From IMG/VR virus record IMGVR_UViG_3300005527_003200: a stretch of 45,033 nt of DNA; one strand, 5' to 3'. The stretch's first letter is position 1. Every line of letters starts with the position of its first letter. A program made the position numbers and the translations under genes. Under the pieces are notes generated by a model, which saw nothing but the letters and a program-made list of their open reading frames with translations, had not been told where the DNA came from and searched no databases. Below, in pieces: positions 1 through 8,346 of the stretch. This stretch comes from a virus (Duplodnaviria; Heunggongvirae; Uroviricota; Caudoviricetes).

Positions 1-767
1 AATTTTTCTTCAAACTCACCGCGATACTTTGATCCTGCCAACAATGACCCAATTTCCAGGCTCCACACTTCGTGATCCTTAAGAAACTCTGGCACACGAC
101 CAGCCACAATTTCCTGTGCTAGTCCTTCCACAATGTGTGTTTTGCCCACACCAGGATCACCTACCATCAGCACGTTGGCTTTGAAACGGCGTGCCAGTGT
201 GGTGACCATTTCTTGAACTTCTGTGGCTCGCCCAATCATGGGCTCCAGACGATTGCCGCGAGCCGCACCTGTGAGATCTGTACAGTACTCAGTGAGTATT
301 TCTGTGGCCTGTGCTTGACTCAGCTTGGCGTCTGAGTGAGTGTAGGTCTTTTGCCAATGATCCACAAACTCCTGTTTCTTCACACCATACTTCAACAAGA
401 AGTAGTGTGCATGACTGTTGGTTTCTGCCATGATTGAAAGATACACATCAATCACAGTGAGTGTTCTGCGTCCAGTAAACATGACCTGTACATTGGCACG
501 ATTGAAAATGCGTTCCAGTGCAGTGGTCTTTCGAGGTTGTATATCTGCGCTTTTACTCACAATAGAAATCAAGCTGTTGAGGTAGCTGTCTACTTCTTGA
601 TCCAGCATGCCAGAGTCGGTGCCAAATTTGTCCAGAGTTTTTCTAAATGGCTGGTGCCGTATCAGGGCCAACAGCAAATGTTCTGTGGTCACGTATTCGT
701 GACTTTTGGAACGAGCCAATTCAATGGCGTCTTCTACGATACTTTCGAGTTCAGAATGTTGTGACAT
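1..767 (-). CDS. clpA: ClpA-like AAA+ Clp protease ATP-binding subunit (5' part; runs off the left edge)
   Basis: Manual translation, absent from the ORF track: MSQHSELESIVEDAIELARSKSHEYVTTEHLLLALIR (ClpA N-domain) ... LARRFKANVLMVGDPGVGKT (Walker A) ... LEIGSLLAGSKYRGEFEEK. Alternative start at 773. Confidence 0.93.
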   Translation of the reverse strand, partial: MSQHSELESIVEDAIELARSKSHEYVTTEHLLLALIRHQPFRKTLDKFGTDSGMLDQEVDSYLNSLISIVSKSADIQPRKTTALERIFNRANVQVMFTGRRTLTVIDVYLSIMAETNSHAHYFLLKYGVKKQEFVDHWQKTYTHSDAKLSQAQATEILTEYCTDLTGAARGNRLEPMIGRATEVQEMVTTLARRFKANVLMVGDPGVGKTHIVEGLAQEIVAGRVPEFLKDHEVWSLEIGSLLAGSKYRGEFEEK

Positions 768-795
768 GGGCATGAGTTAAGTTGTTACCTTGTGT

Positions 796-830
796 ATTGT
801 AGCACATTGTTGTGAGTAATGCAATACTCA
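796..830 (-). promoter_or_regulatory. sigma70-type promoter for clpA; -35 hexamer flanked by a 6-bp inverted repeat
   Basis: Minus strand TTGCAT(824-819)-N17-TACAAT(801-796); TGAGTA/TACTCA flank the -35. Confidence 0.65.
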
Positions 831-836
831 AAATAT

Positions 837-1613
837 TTATTTGTGATGCTTTTGGATAGCTTCACGAATTTCTGGGGCAATGTGTATGGGCAATTCGGTT
901 GATATGCGAACAAACGCATCGCCCTGCTGACCTTGACGATTGGGCAGACCACGACCTTTGAGTCTTAGCAGTGTGCCCGGTTGAGTGCCCGACGGCACAG
1001 TCATAGACAATTCATTGCCTAGCAAATCTCTAACTCGAATGTCCGCACCCAATATCAAATCAAACACATTGATTTTGCGATTGGTAATCAAGTTTAGTCC
1101 TTGCCGTTCCCAGTTTGGATCTGGTTGCACTCGATACTGCACCACTAGATCTGCGCCACCTGGGCCCAGGCCTTGGTATTGCACATTGTCTCCGTCGTCA
1201 ATGCCACGCGGTACTTCAATTTCAACTGCTTGGGCACCTTGCTGTGTACCAATGGTCACTGTGCGCTGTCCACCAGTTGCAACGTCAGCAAGACTGATCC
1301 AGAGACTCATTCTCACATGACCTCTACGAGCTTGCTGTTGCGCAAAGTTCTGTCCAAACATGCTTGAAAAAATATCATTCATGTTGAAGTGTGTGCCGTT
1401 GGGGAATCCCCCAAACTGTGGGCGTGGATTGTTGTACTCAGCTCGTTTGGCTTCGTCGCCTAGAGTGTCGTAGGCTGCTTGTATCTCTTGGAACTTGGCT
1501 GTATCGCCGCCCTTGTCCGGATGATGCTGGCTGGCCAGCCGACGGAAAGCTCGTTTGATTTCGTCTTGTGTGGCAGTTCGAGCAACACCTAGTGTTGCAT
1601 AGTGATCGGTCAT
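837..1613 (-). CDS. dnaJ: DnaJ/CbpA-type co-chaperone (J domain + C-terminal domain, no Zn finger)
   Basis: DHYATLGV...HHPDKGGD (HPD motif), G/F-rich linker, C-terminal PSGTQPGTLLRLKGRGLP...GDAFV. Confidence 0.93.
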   Translation of the reverse strand: MTDHYATLGVARTATQDEIKRAFRRLASQHHPDKGGDTAKFQEIQAAYDTLGDEAKRAEYNNPRPQFGGFPNGTHFNMNDIFSSMFGQNFAQQQARRGHVRMSLWISLADVATGGQRTVTIGTQQGAQAVEIEVPRGIDDGDNVQYQGLGPGGADLVVQYRVQPDPNWERQGLNLITNRKINVFDLILGADIRVRDLLGNELSMTVPSGTQPGTLLRLKGRGLPNRQGQQGDAFVRISTELPIHIAPEIREAIQKHHK

Positions 1614-1614
1614 G

Positions 1615-1647
1615 AAAAAGGCCCTGTATGTTTAATTATACAGGGCC
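1615..1647 (-). terminator. Intrinsic terminator-like hairpin directly upstream of dnaJ
   Basis: Minus strand GGCCCTGTAT-AATTAAAC-ATACAGGGCC (10-bp stem) followed by TTTTT. Confidence 0.7.
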
Positions 1648-1663
1648 CGGTACTGGTTGTCAA
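1635..1663 (-). promoter_or_regulatory. Consensus sigma70 promoter for dnaJ
   Basis: TTGACA(1663-1658)-N17-TATAAT(1640-1635), perfect consensus. Confidence 0.85.
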
Positions 1664-1664
1664 A

Positions 1665-1742
1665 TTAACGAAACTTATTGTAGTAGTCCCAGCACCACCA
1701 GCCAATGCCAGCAGCCACCACAACAAACAATAACCATTCCAT
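1665..1742 (-). CDS. 25-aa single-TM microprotein
   Basis: MEWLLFVVVAAGIGWWCWDYYNKFR*; start overlaps the upstream stop (TAATG). Below the ORF-track cutoff. Confidence 0.6.
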   Translation of the reverse strand: MEWLLFVVVAAGIGWWCWDYYNKFR

Positions 1743-1948
1743 TACTTTTTCTCCGGCACTTTGGTGCCATCTAGTTTTTTGTGCTGTTTGACTTCTTTAC
1801 AGCTTTGCTTGGTCTTGCCTGTTTTGGGATCTTTTACTTCCTTGCCGTCTTTCTTTACGTCAACGCAGACTCGTTTGGTTTCTTTGGCTTCGTCAGCAAT
1901 TGCTGGCAAACTAAGAATTAATCCTGCTACAAATATAATATTTTTCAT
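1742..1948 (-). CDS. Small exported basic protein
   Basis: Signal peptide MKNIIFVAGLILSLPAIA, then a Lys-rich region with two Cys; RBS AAGGA. Confidence 0.7.
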   Translation of the reverse strand: MKNIIFVAGLILSLPAIADEAKETKRVCVDVKKDGKEVKDPKTGKTKQSCKEVKQHKKLDGTKVPEKK

Positions 1949-1969
1949 TTTGATTTTCCTTTTTAGTTA

Positions 1970-2506
1970 TTATCGTTCTGGATAGTCAGTTATGGCTGGC
2001 GGAGCTTTTTTACCACCAAACCCAATGGTTACTTCAGTAAATCCAGCCGCTGGTGCTCCAAAGCCTGTTGCAGGTGCGCCTCCAAATGCGCTTCCGCCTC
2101 CCAGGGGTTGTGAGCCCCAGGTGTTTGTGGTTGGTGCACCAAAACCACCGGGTGCGGCTGGCTGTTGTACTGATCCCGGAGGCGTATATGTTGTACCGAC
2201 ATTTGATGGTAAGTTGATTCCGCCATTGTTGGCTCCTCCTAGTTTTTCTTGTGTGCGACCATAAGCCGCAATACCCAGCACAGCACCCATGGCAATGTGA
2301 TACAGGCCTGCACCTTGCAAGGTGATAGGTTGCCACTGCACGTTGACTTGACCTTTTGAAAGGCTTTGTAGTATAGACCACAACACTGGAAATATCACAA
2401 AATCTGCAATGCAGGTCAGCATGTATGACCAACCCATCATGGGCCGCCATTTTGAGTTCATCCAGTCTTCTTTTTTCTTTTCTGATTCTGACATTTTTGT
2501 TGTCAT
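1970..2506 (-). CDS. Putative holin (GTA-type 3TM holin-like) with G/P-rich C-terminal tail
   Basis: KWRPMMGW...TM...QWQPITLQGAGLYHIAMGAVLGIAAYGRTQEK resembles the recalled GTA_holin_3TM pattern; lies near the lysis genes. Confidence 0.6.
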   Translation of the reverse strand: MTTKMSESEKKKEDWMNSKWRPMMGWSYMLTCIADFVIFPVLWSILQSLSKGQVNVQWQPITLQGAGLYHIAMGAVLGIAAYGRTQEKLGGANNGGINLPSNVGTTYTPPGSVQQPAAPGGFGAPTTNTWGSQPLGGGSAFGGAPATGFGAPAAGFTEVTIGFGGKKAPPAITDYPER

Positions 2507-2518
2507 GTTGTTTCCTTA

Positions 2519-2833
2519 TTAAGTTGATAGTGTGATTGGGAATATTGTGCCAACCTTAGGCGTATCCCAAAAAATGTCAATGTAAGTAGGACCATAGTCA
2601 TCCCACTGCGTAATAGTTGCTGTGGTGCTGTCCTGAAAAGTGATTGTACTACCCACTGGATATGTGGCAATCACTGTGGCACTGTATGGTATTCCTGCGG
2701 CTTGAGGATTCCACCCTGTTACCCCACCTGTATCGCTGGTGGGAATGACCAATGGAGGCGGAGGTGGTGCGGCTCCGCTGGTTAGTTGAAGACCTGTGCC
2801 TAAAGTAATACCTGAACCTATTATCATTGCCAT
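2519..2833 (-). CDS. Putative virion accessory protein with N-terminal IGxGIxLG motif
   Basis: MAMIIGSGITLGTGLQL, poly-Pro linker, small beta-rich domain. Confidence 0.65.
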   Translation of the reverse strand: MAMIIGSGITLGTGLQLTSGAAPPPPPLVIPTSDTGGVTGWNPQAAGIPYSATVIATYPVGSTITFQDSTTATITQWDDYGPTYIDIFWDTPKVGTIFPITLST

Positions 2834-2836
2834 ATA

Positions 2837-3565
2837 TTAATATCCAAATCTTGTTTTGTATTGAGCGTACAAACCTTGTACGTCTCCCAGCGTTAATATT
2901 CCGTTGTAGGCCTTGACAAATCCTATGTCGCCAGTTTGCACTTCGGTGCCTGCTGAACGACTGAATAATCTTATTTGATTGGGGCCGCCGCCGCTGCCTA
3001 GATTAGTGGCTGTAAAAGAAGTGGTAGTTGGTTGAGCACTTGTTGCTGTGTACACTTGGCCTAGGCCGGTGCTGGCGTTCCAAGTACCCCATATAAAGTT
3101 CCACACAGCATTTGTTCCTGAGCTGGGCAAGTTAACTGCATAGTTGGGATAGAATGCATTTACAAAACCATTGTAGGCACCCATCATCCAGTCTCTAGTG
3201 GCTTCACTTTGTGTGTTTAACAATCTACCAGAACTTGTGACCGACAACTTGTAGGTTGCAAACACTGAATAACTCTGACCAGTACTCCAGTTGGGACCGC
3301 CGCGGATACTGTCAGTTCCAGTGGCGTTAGATTTTCTGAACAACCCACCATTGTCAGCTTGCCAGCTAATACTGCCGCCTGCATTGGCCACTGTTAGTGT
3401 GCGTTCTCCTGTGGTACCTGTTCCTTCTGTGACTGATCCGTTGGTGGGCACAGCTGAGTAATTGGCTGCATCTAAATCATAAATCAAACTCACTGTTGGC
3501 GCAAACCCACCACCAGCAGTGACTCCTGGTCCTATTTCAATTCCGGGTCCTATTACTATTGGCAT
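2837..3565 (-). CDS. ConA/LamG-like lectin-fold virion protein with N-terminal IGxGIxIG motif
   Basis: MPIVIGPGIEIGPGV; LIYDLDAANY...SVFATYK...WNFIWGTW...GDIGFVKAYNGILTLGDVQGLYAQYKTRFGY is typical of LamG_3-like domains. Confidence 0.7.
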   Translation of the reverse strand: MPIVIGPGIEIGPGVTAGGGFAPTVSLIYDLDAANYSAVPTNGSVTEGTGTTGERTLTVANAGGSISWQADNGGLFRKSNATGTDSIRGGPNWSTGQSYSVFATYKLSVTSSGRLLNTQSEATRDWMMGAYNGFVNAFYPNYAVNLPSSGTNAVWNFIWGTWNASTGLGQVYTATSAQPTTTSFTATNLGSGGGPNQIRLFSRSAGTEVQTGDIGFVKAYNGILTLGDVQGLYAQYKTRFGY

Positions 3566-3566
3566 A

Positions 3567-5114
3567 TCATGTCCTCATGCTTGTGTTACTTACTGACACT
3601 GGGCCGCTTATGTTGCCGCCGCTGGTTGTGTTAAATGCCTGATAGGCAAATCTATTGGGTCCACCGTGCAGAATTTCTTCATTGCTGTAGTCAGTTTGCG
3701 ATCCTGTGTCATACAGCATGTTGGGAGTGCTCATAGCAATGACCTTGGCTCGTATCTGTGCTGGGGTAGCTGTGGGGTAAACTTGTAGCAGTTGAGCAGC
3801 CAGGCCAGCGACATTGGGACTGGCCATTGACGTGCCTGAAATACTCATTATCAAGTAGCTGGCATTGAATGGATATGGTGTGGTAGCACCAAATGCATTG
3901 CTGGTACTGGTGGTACTCACAATGTTTGTGCCAGGTGCATAAATATCCACCCTGGGCCCAGATTCACTAGAGCCACTTTTGTGTTCAGGATTGTCATATC
4001 CAGTGCTGACGTTGCCCACACAGATCACTCCATCAGCACTGGCCGGTGATCCGCCGCGCATGTAATACCTAGGAGTGCTTGTTTGATAAAAAAAGTTATC
4101 GTAATCAGGGCCGCCTGGCACATCTAAAGTTTGATAGTAATTGCCGGCTGCGCCCACTAACACCACACCTGCTGCCAGCAATTCGGCCACATCCACATCC
4201 ACACTGTCTACTCTTACACCAAAGCGATTGGATGCACTGCCAATCATACCAAATGTAGCTTGTTTGGCAGACCCACTCCAGGGCGTTCCACGATAAATGC
4301 CACCATTGATACTGGTGAACGTGTTGATGTAACTCCAGCTCATGTTTACAACTGTGGGTCGTTTGTATCCTGTGGCGGGGTCCACAGTTTTGTTGTTGTG
4401 CCACCCTTTGATGCAGTCAAACACATCTGTGGTTGATATACCATTGGTGGGTGCCACGTTGAGTCCACTCACAGTCATACAGTAAATTCTAGCATTTTTA
4501 GCACGACCGTATGTTTTGCCCGCGGCAATGCCACAACAGTGTGTGCCATGTCCGTCATAGTCGGTGTAGAAATTAGCAGGCATGGTACCTGCAATACCTG
4601 ACGCTGTGTACCAGTCAATTTGTTGTACTCTAGTCACGCCAGCTGCATCCGTAAACTCAGGATGGTCAACTTGCAGTCCTGAGTCTTGTACCACAAAGTC
4701 TACTCCAGTGCCGTCCAAGGGATAGTTGTAGGTCAATGTACCTGATGAACCAGGAGTGTTCATTGTGGTTGAATTCAGTCTAAACAACCCCCAATTGATT
4801 CCAAGATTGTTGGCAGGATTGGTGCCGGGACTTTTGTAATACAAGCCAGTTTGTGAGGCATTGTTGTGGATTTCAATATCTGTTCGTTGCTCAGGCGGTA
4901 TCTCCACACAATACACTCTGGGGTCTTGACGCAGTTTGTCTGCTTCGTCATCAGTTAACTCATACCAACACTGGCGTAGACTGGTGGGACGTTCATTCAC
5001 AATTGCCACCCCGCGTTGGGGCACGTAGACGCTGCCTGATCCGTCAGTTTCTATTTCCTGCCAGAAAGCATCATAATCAACACCTTCATTTAATGCTACG
5101 TTATATGTGGTCAT
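3567..5114 (-). CDS. Subtilisin-like serine protease (S8) with N-terminal prodomain
   Basis: Triad motifs VDFVVQDSG (D), DGHGTHCCG (H), SGTSMASPNVAG (S), oxyanion AAGN. Confidence 0.92.
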   Translation of the reverse strand: MTTYNVALNEGVDYDAFWQEIETDGSGSVYVPQRGVAIVNERPTSLRQCWYELTDDEADKLRQDPRVYCVEIPPEQRTDIEIHNNASQTGLYYKSPGTNPANNLGINWGLFRLNSTTMNTPGSSGTLTYNYPLDGTGVDFVVQDSGLQVDHPEFTDAAGVTRVQQIDWYTASGIAGTMPANFYTDYDGHGTHCCGIAAGKTYGRAKNARIYCMTVSGLNVAPTNGISTTDVFDCIKGWHNNKTVDPATGYKRPTVVNMSWSYINTFTSINGGIYRGTPWSGSAKQATFGMIGSASNRFGVRVDSVDVDVAELLAAGVVLVGAAGNYYQTLDVPGGPDYDNFFYQTSTPRYYMRGGSPASADGVICVGNVSTGYDNPEHKSGSSESGPRVDIYAPGTNIVSTTSTSNAFGATTPYPFNASYLIMSISGTSMASPNVAGLAAQLLQVYPTATPAQIRAKVIAMSTPNMLYDTGSQTDYSNEEILHGGPNRFAYQAFNTTSGGNISGPVSVSNTSMRT

Positions 5115-5115
5115 A

Positions 5116-5862
5116 TTAAATTAAATTGGCCCAGGCACCATTTTCGTAACCCTGAAACTTGTTAGTAGATGAGTTGTAAATCATGTCACCATTGGCTGCA
5201 ATTGTGTTGGCAATTTGTGCTGTGGTTAAACTAGGCAGTCGGAACGTGCCACCGCCAACTACTCTAACTGCTGACACAGCTGACAGATCCAAGTTTGTGG
5301 CTGAACTCAGTGTGGGTGTGCCTGCGCCGCCACCTATAAAGTTTGCGGCTGTTACGTTGCCAGTAACGCTGACAAAACTAAATGCATCTGCTCCAAATCC
5401 ATTACCTACTAGGTTGCCGGACAAGTTGCCGCTGAGTGATGCCACTCCACCTGAAATTCCAGTCAACTGTGATCCATTGCCCACAAAGAAACTACCAATG
5501 ATATTAGCGCCAGATGTGATGGTTCCTGTAGCAGAAATCAATCCTGTGGTGTTGAGGTTGCCAGCTTGTACATTACCTGTGGCACTCACTGTGGCGCCTT
5601 GTACCAGGGCCACAGACGTTACGTTGCCACCACGCACATTGCCAGTGGCCAACACGCCTGATGCTGTGTTCACGTTGCCTGTGGCTGTAACCAAGCCGCC
5701 TGTGTTCAAGTTGCCGCCTGTGATGTTGCCGGTCACAGAAGAAAAATATGTTTTCAAGTTGCTGCCTGAAATTTGATAGGTAACTCCACTGCTGACCACT
5801 GGCACAATGGCTGCATCAGTCATTGCGGCTAGTGAAGTTAGTTGTGATATTTTAATGGGCAT
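5116..5862 (-). CDS. Fibre-like virion protein with TGN repeats
   Basis: N-terminal IKISQL, TGNxxGGNLxTxG repeats, C-terminal GDMIYNSSTNKFQGYENGAW module typical of phage fibres. Confidence 0.75.
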   Translation of the reverse strand: MPIKISQLTSLAAMTDAAIVPVVSSGVTYQISGSNLKTYFSSVTGNITGGNLNTGGLVTATGNVNTASGVLATGNVRGGNVTSVALVQGATVSATGNVQAGNLNTTGLISATGTITSGANIIGSFFVGNGSQLTGISGGVASLSGNLSGNLVGNGFGADAFSFVSVTGNVTAANFIGGGAGTPTLSSATNLDLSAVSAVRVVGGGTFRLPSLTTAQIANTIAANGDMIYNSSTNKFQGYENGAWANLI

Positions 5863-5871
5863 GTGCTTTCC

Positions 5872-6033
5872 TTATTCTGTAATAATCTCGTCGCTGGGCG
5901 GCGAGTTTGCCAATTCTGTTGTGATGGGATCATCCGACTCTGTGGTAATGGATGTGGCCGAAGGTGTGGGCGGTGCAACTGCAACACTTATGCCCCCACC
6001 AATGGATATGCCCCCACCAATTGCTAATGGCAT
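5872..6033 (-). CDS. 53-aa protein with N-terminal IGxGIxIG motif and acidic ITTE repeats
   Basis: MPLAIGGGISIGGGISVAVAPPTPSATSITTESDDPITTELANSPPSDEIITE*; ATG follows the endolysin stop directly (TAAATG). Not in the ORF track. Confidence 0.75.
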   Translation of the reverse strand: MPLAIGGGISIGGGISVAVAPPTPSATSITTESDDPITTELANSPPSDEIITE

Positions 6034-6648
6034 TTAGGCTCCCAACACATGCAGTGCATGTTCAGTGTGTTTGATGCGATCCTCAAGACCAATGTAGCCA
6101 CCGTTGATGGCCCGTGTTAGACCTTTTGCGTCATTGGCATCTGCAAATCTATTTAGATTGTTCTGTTCCCAGTACCAACAAGCTGACTGTGCGGCACCTT
6201 CAAAAGTGGCTAGATATTCTGCGGCTTCGGCTTCAGAAATACTCAGGCTGCCTGCAAAGAATGTGTAGTTGTCCTTGCCTGTCAACTGTATTAGCCCACG
6301 ACCACAATAGCGCCAGCCATCGCCTGATGCTTCGTCGCCGTTGCCCATTCTATTGGCATAGACTCTGTTGGCAATACGTTCAGGCCGGTTGGCATACTGT
6401 GCAGCCAATTCAGCTGTGGGGAAATACTTGGGGAAAACTTTTTGTAGGCTTGCGGCTTTGTAGTTGAGATTTTCTTTGATGAAAATAAAATTTCCTGACT
6501 CATGAGCGCATTGTGCAACAAAATGTGCCACACGTAGGGGTGTGTCAATGCCGTAGTCATCTAACAGTTGATCTAGGGCTTCGTGCCAGTGATCAATGTG
6601 GGGATTCTTTACCATTTGTTTTAGTTGTTGTACGGATAGTATGCTCAT
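6034..6648 (-). CDS. Endolysin, glycoside hydrolase family 19 (chitinase-like lysozyme)
   Basis: FVAQCAHESGNF (catalytic E), YCGRGLIQLTGKDNY, SACWYW, TRAINGG. Confidence 0.9.
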   Translation of the reverse strand: MSILSVQQLKQMVKNPHIDHWHEALDQLLDDYGIDTPLRVAHFVAQCAHESGNFIFIKENLNYKAASLQKVFPKYFPTAELAAQYANRPERIANRVYANRMGNGDEASGDGWRYCGRGLIQLTGKDNYTFFAGSLSISEAEAAEYLATFEGAAQSACWYWEQNNLNRFADANDAKGLTRAINGGYIGLEDRIKHTEHALHVLGA

Positions 6649-6953
6649 TTTGCACCTTCAAATATTTTTTTCTGTACTGAGTACCACTCAATCCAAGCAT
6701 CTGCTTTCACAGCACAAGCATAGTAAGTGGTGTAGTTTTGTACCACAGTTCGACCAACGTCACTGAGTCGAGCTTCACCTGGAATCTGTTCCAGTTGTGG
6801 GCACGGCACCATGGCTGATCGTCCGGGTGCATCTGGAAACTTGGCCACAACAGGCACCACAGTGCTGCACCCAGTGATGGCCAACATCAGCATCACAACA
6901 ATTGCAAATATAATCAAACTGGAAACAAGTTGTTGATCCTGTTGATTTTTCAT
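6645..6953 (-). CDS. Putative o-spanin (Rz1-like lipoprotein)
   Basis: Hydrophobic signal with lipobox LAITGC, Pro-rich periplasmic part; ATGA-coupled to the endolysin. Confidence 0.72.
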   Translation of the reverse strand: MKNQQDQQLVSSLIIFAIVVMLMLAITGCSTVVPVVAKFPDAPGRSAMVPCPQLEQIPGEARLSDVGRTVVQNYTTYYACAVKADAWIEWYSVQKKIFEGAK

Positions 6954-6954
6954 G

Positions 6955-8346
6955 TCAGCAGTTCCATTTTCTCAATGCTAGAGCCTTGCGTGTGGGTTTG
7001 CCGTTGGGTTTTTTCATTGGGCCTTTAACGCCTGACATTCTGGCGCAGAATGATTTGCGTCTTTTTGCTGCCTTAGAGCCTTTCTTTAGTTTTGAAGGCT
7101 TGGTGGTCACGGCCATTTGCAATTTTGATCCAGGATTTTCTCTACGATATGATGCCACACCTTTGGCGTTTAATCCGCCTTTTTTGCTCTTGCCTTCTTT
7201 ACGTCGCCAGGCGGCTGTTTCATACAGCACATTGTCCGGCATGGCTTCAAACTGTTCCCACACTAGATCTTCGCTCACACGATTTTTCACAGCCATTTCT
7301 GCTACCAACTCTTGCATGGCTTCAAACATTTCATCCACTTCGGGATCCACTTCGTCTGACGCTTCCTCTGAATACATATAGTCCCACACAGCAACCAGCA
7401 TTGACTTGGCCACAGCAATCTTTTCTTGACACCATTCAGGCAAGTTATCACCTGATTGAATTAGATCGTCAATACCTTCTACAGCACGTTGTAGCGTTTC
7501 TAAGTTGTTGTCGGCCATGCCTGCTTCGTCGTCATACTCGCCATTGTAGTCTTCCGCTACACCTTGCTCACTAAATCGCTGACGATAACTGTTGGGATTC
7601 ATTGACGATCTAGAACCAACTACAGCATTACCTTCGCCACTCAGCAACAAATCATACATGAGTTTGATTACTTTTAAAGGGCTGTTCATTCTTTCCAGGG
7701 CATTTTTAAACCATTCAACTTTTTCTGGTTTCATTGGCTTGGCACTGGGCTTGCTGATCAATGCCAGTGCCTGTGCTTTCAACGTGGACAAGTCTCTGAT
7801 TTGTTCAAGACGTTTTAGATCCTCAATATCAAAGTTGTAATCAGCTTTGCCTTCCGCCACACCTTGCTGATCTTTGGGCTCGTCAAACAAGGAGTCTATG
7901 GCTTTTTTGCCGCCATACAACACAGCCAACACAATGCCAGCAGGGATGGCATATTTAAAAGCCAAAGCAGACAGGTCAAGCAATGTTTTCTCGTCAATGG
8001 CCGTGCCCACCTTGGCAGCAATATCTTTGGCAATGTCTGCCACAGAAGATCCAATTTCGTAAGCACCAGCACCCATGCCAATTTTTCCAGCATTCTTGGC
8101 TGCAATTTCTGTGCCAGCTCGAGCAGCCTGACCTGCACCGCGAGCTCCTGCTTGTCCTGCTTGGCCAAGAACCTGTGCTATTTTTGGGGCAGCAGCCATG
8201 AACAGTCTTGCACCTGCTGCCAACAACGGCGCAAATTCATCAAGCTGTTGTTCTTTGACCATGCCGGCCTTTTTCTTTTTAGCAATAGCAATGGCTGCCT
8301 GTTGAGCAGGCGACGCTGCTTCTAGTATTACGTCATTTAGTTTCAT
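6955..8346 (-). CDS. Modular putative internal head protein (C-terminal DUF6321-like basic domain)
   Basis: Likely start MKLNDVILE at 8346; modules separated by VKE/LDE/QGVAE/LYE motifs; C-terminal AAWRRKEGK...RRKSFCARM...ALRKWNC. Confidence 0.65.
   Translation of the reverse strand: MKLNDVILEAASPAQQAAIAIAKKKKAGMVKEQQLDEFAPLLAAGARLFMAAAPKIAQVLGQAGQAGARGAGQAARAGTEIAAKNAGKIGMGAGAYEIGSSVADIAKDIAAKVGTAIDEKTLLDLSALAFKYAIPAGIVLAVLYGGKKAIDSLFDEPKDQQGVAEGKADYNFDIEDLKRLEQIRDLSTLKAQALALISKPSAKPMKPEKVEWFKNALERMNSPLKVIKLMYDLLLSGEGNAVVGSRSSMNPNSYRQRFSEQGVAEDYNGEYDDEAGMADNNLETLQRAVEGIDDLIQSGDNLPEWCQEKIAVAKSMLVAVWDYMYSEEASDEVDPEVDEMFEAMQELVAEMAVKNRVSEDLVWEQFEAMPDNVLYETAAWRRKEGKSKKGGLNAKGVASYRRENPGSKLQMAVTTKPSKLKKGSKAAKRRKSFCARMSGVKGPMKKPNGKPTRKALALRKWNC
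7551..7868. repeat. 18-nt direct repeat pair 300 nt apart encoding QGVAE linkers
   Basis: cttccgctacaccttgct (7551-7568) and cttccgccacaccttgct (7851-7868), 17/18 identical. Confidence 0.85.

Noticed and set aside
135-764. Plus-strand ORFs 135-335 and 537-764
   Set aside because: Antisense shadows of the clpA reading frame, which has clear motifs but was not called because it runs off the window edge.
5183-6037. Plus-strand ORFs 5183-5776 and 5807-6037 with LPV/LPP periodicity
   Set aside because: Mirror translations of the Thr/Gly/Asn repeats and the IGGG motif on the minus strand; no RBS or family motifs.
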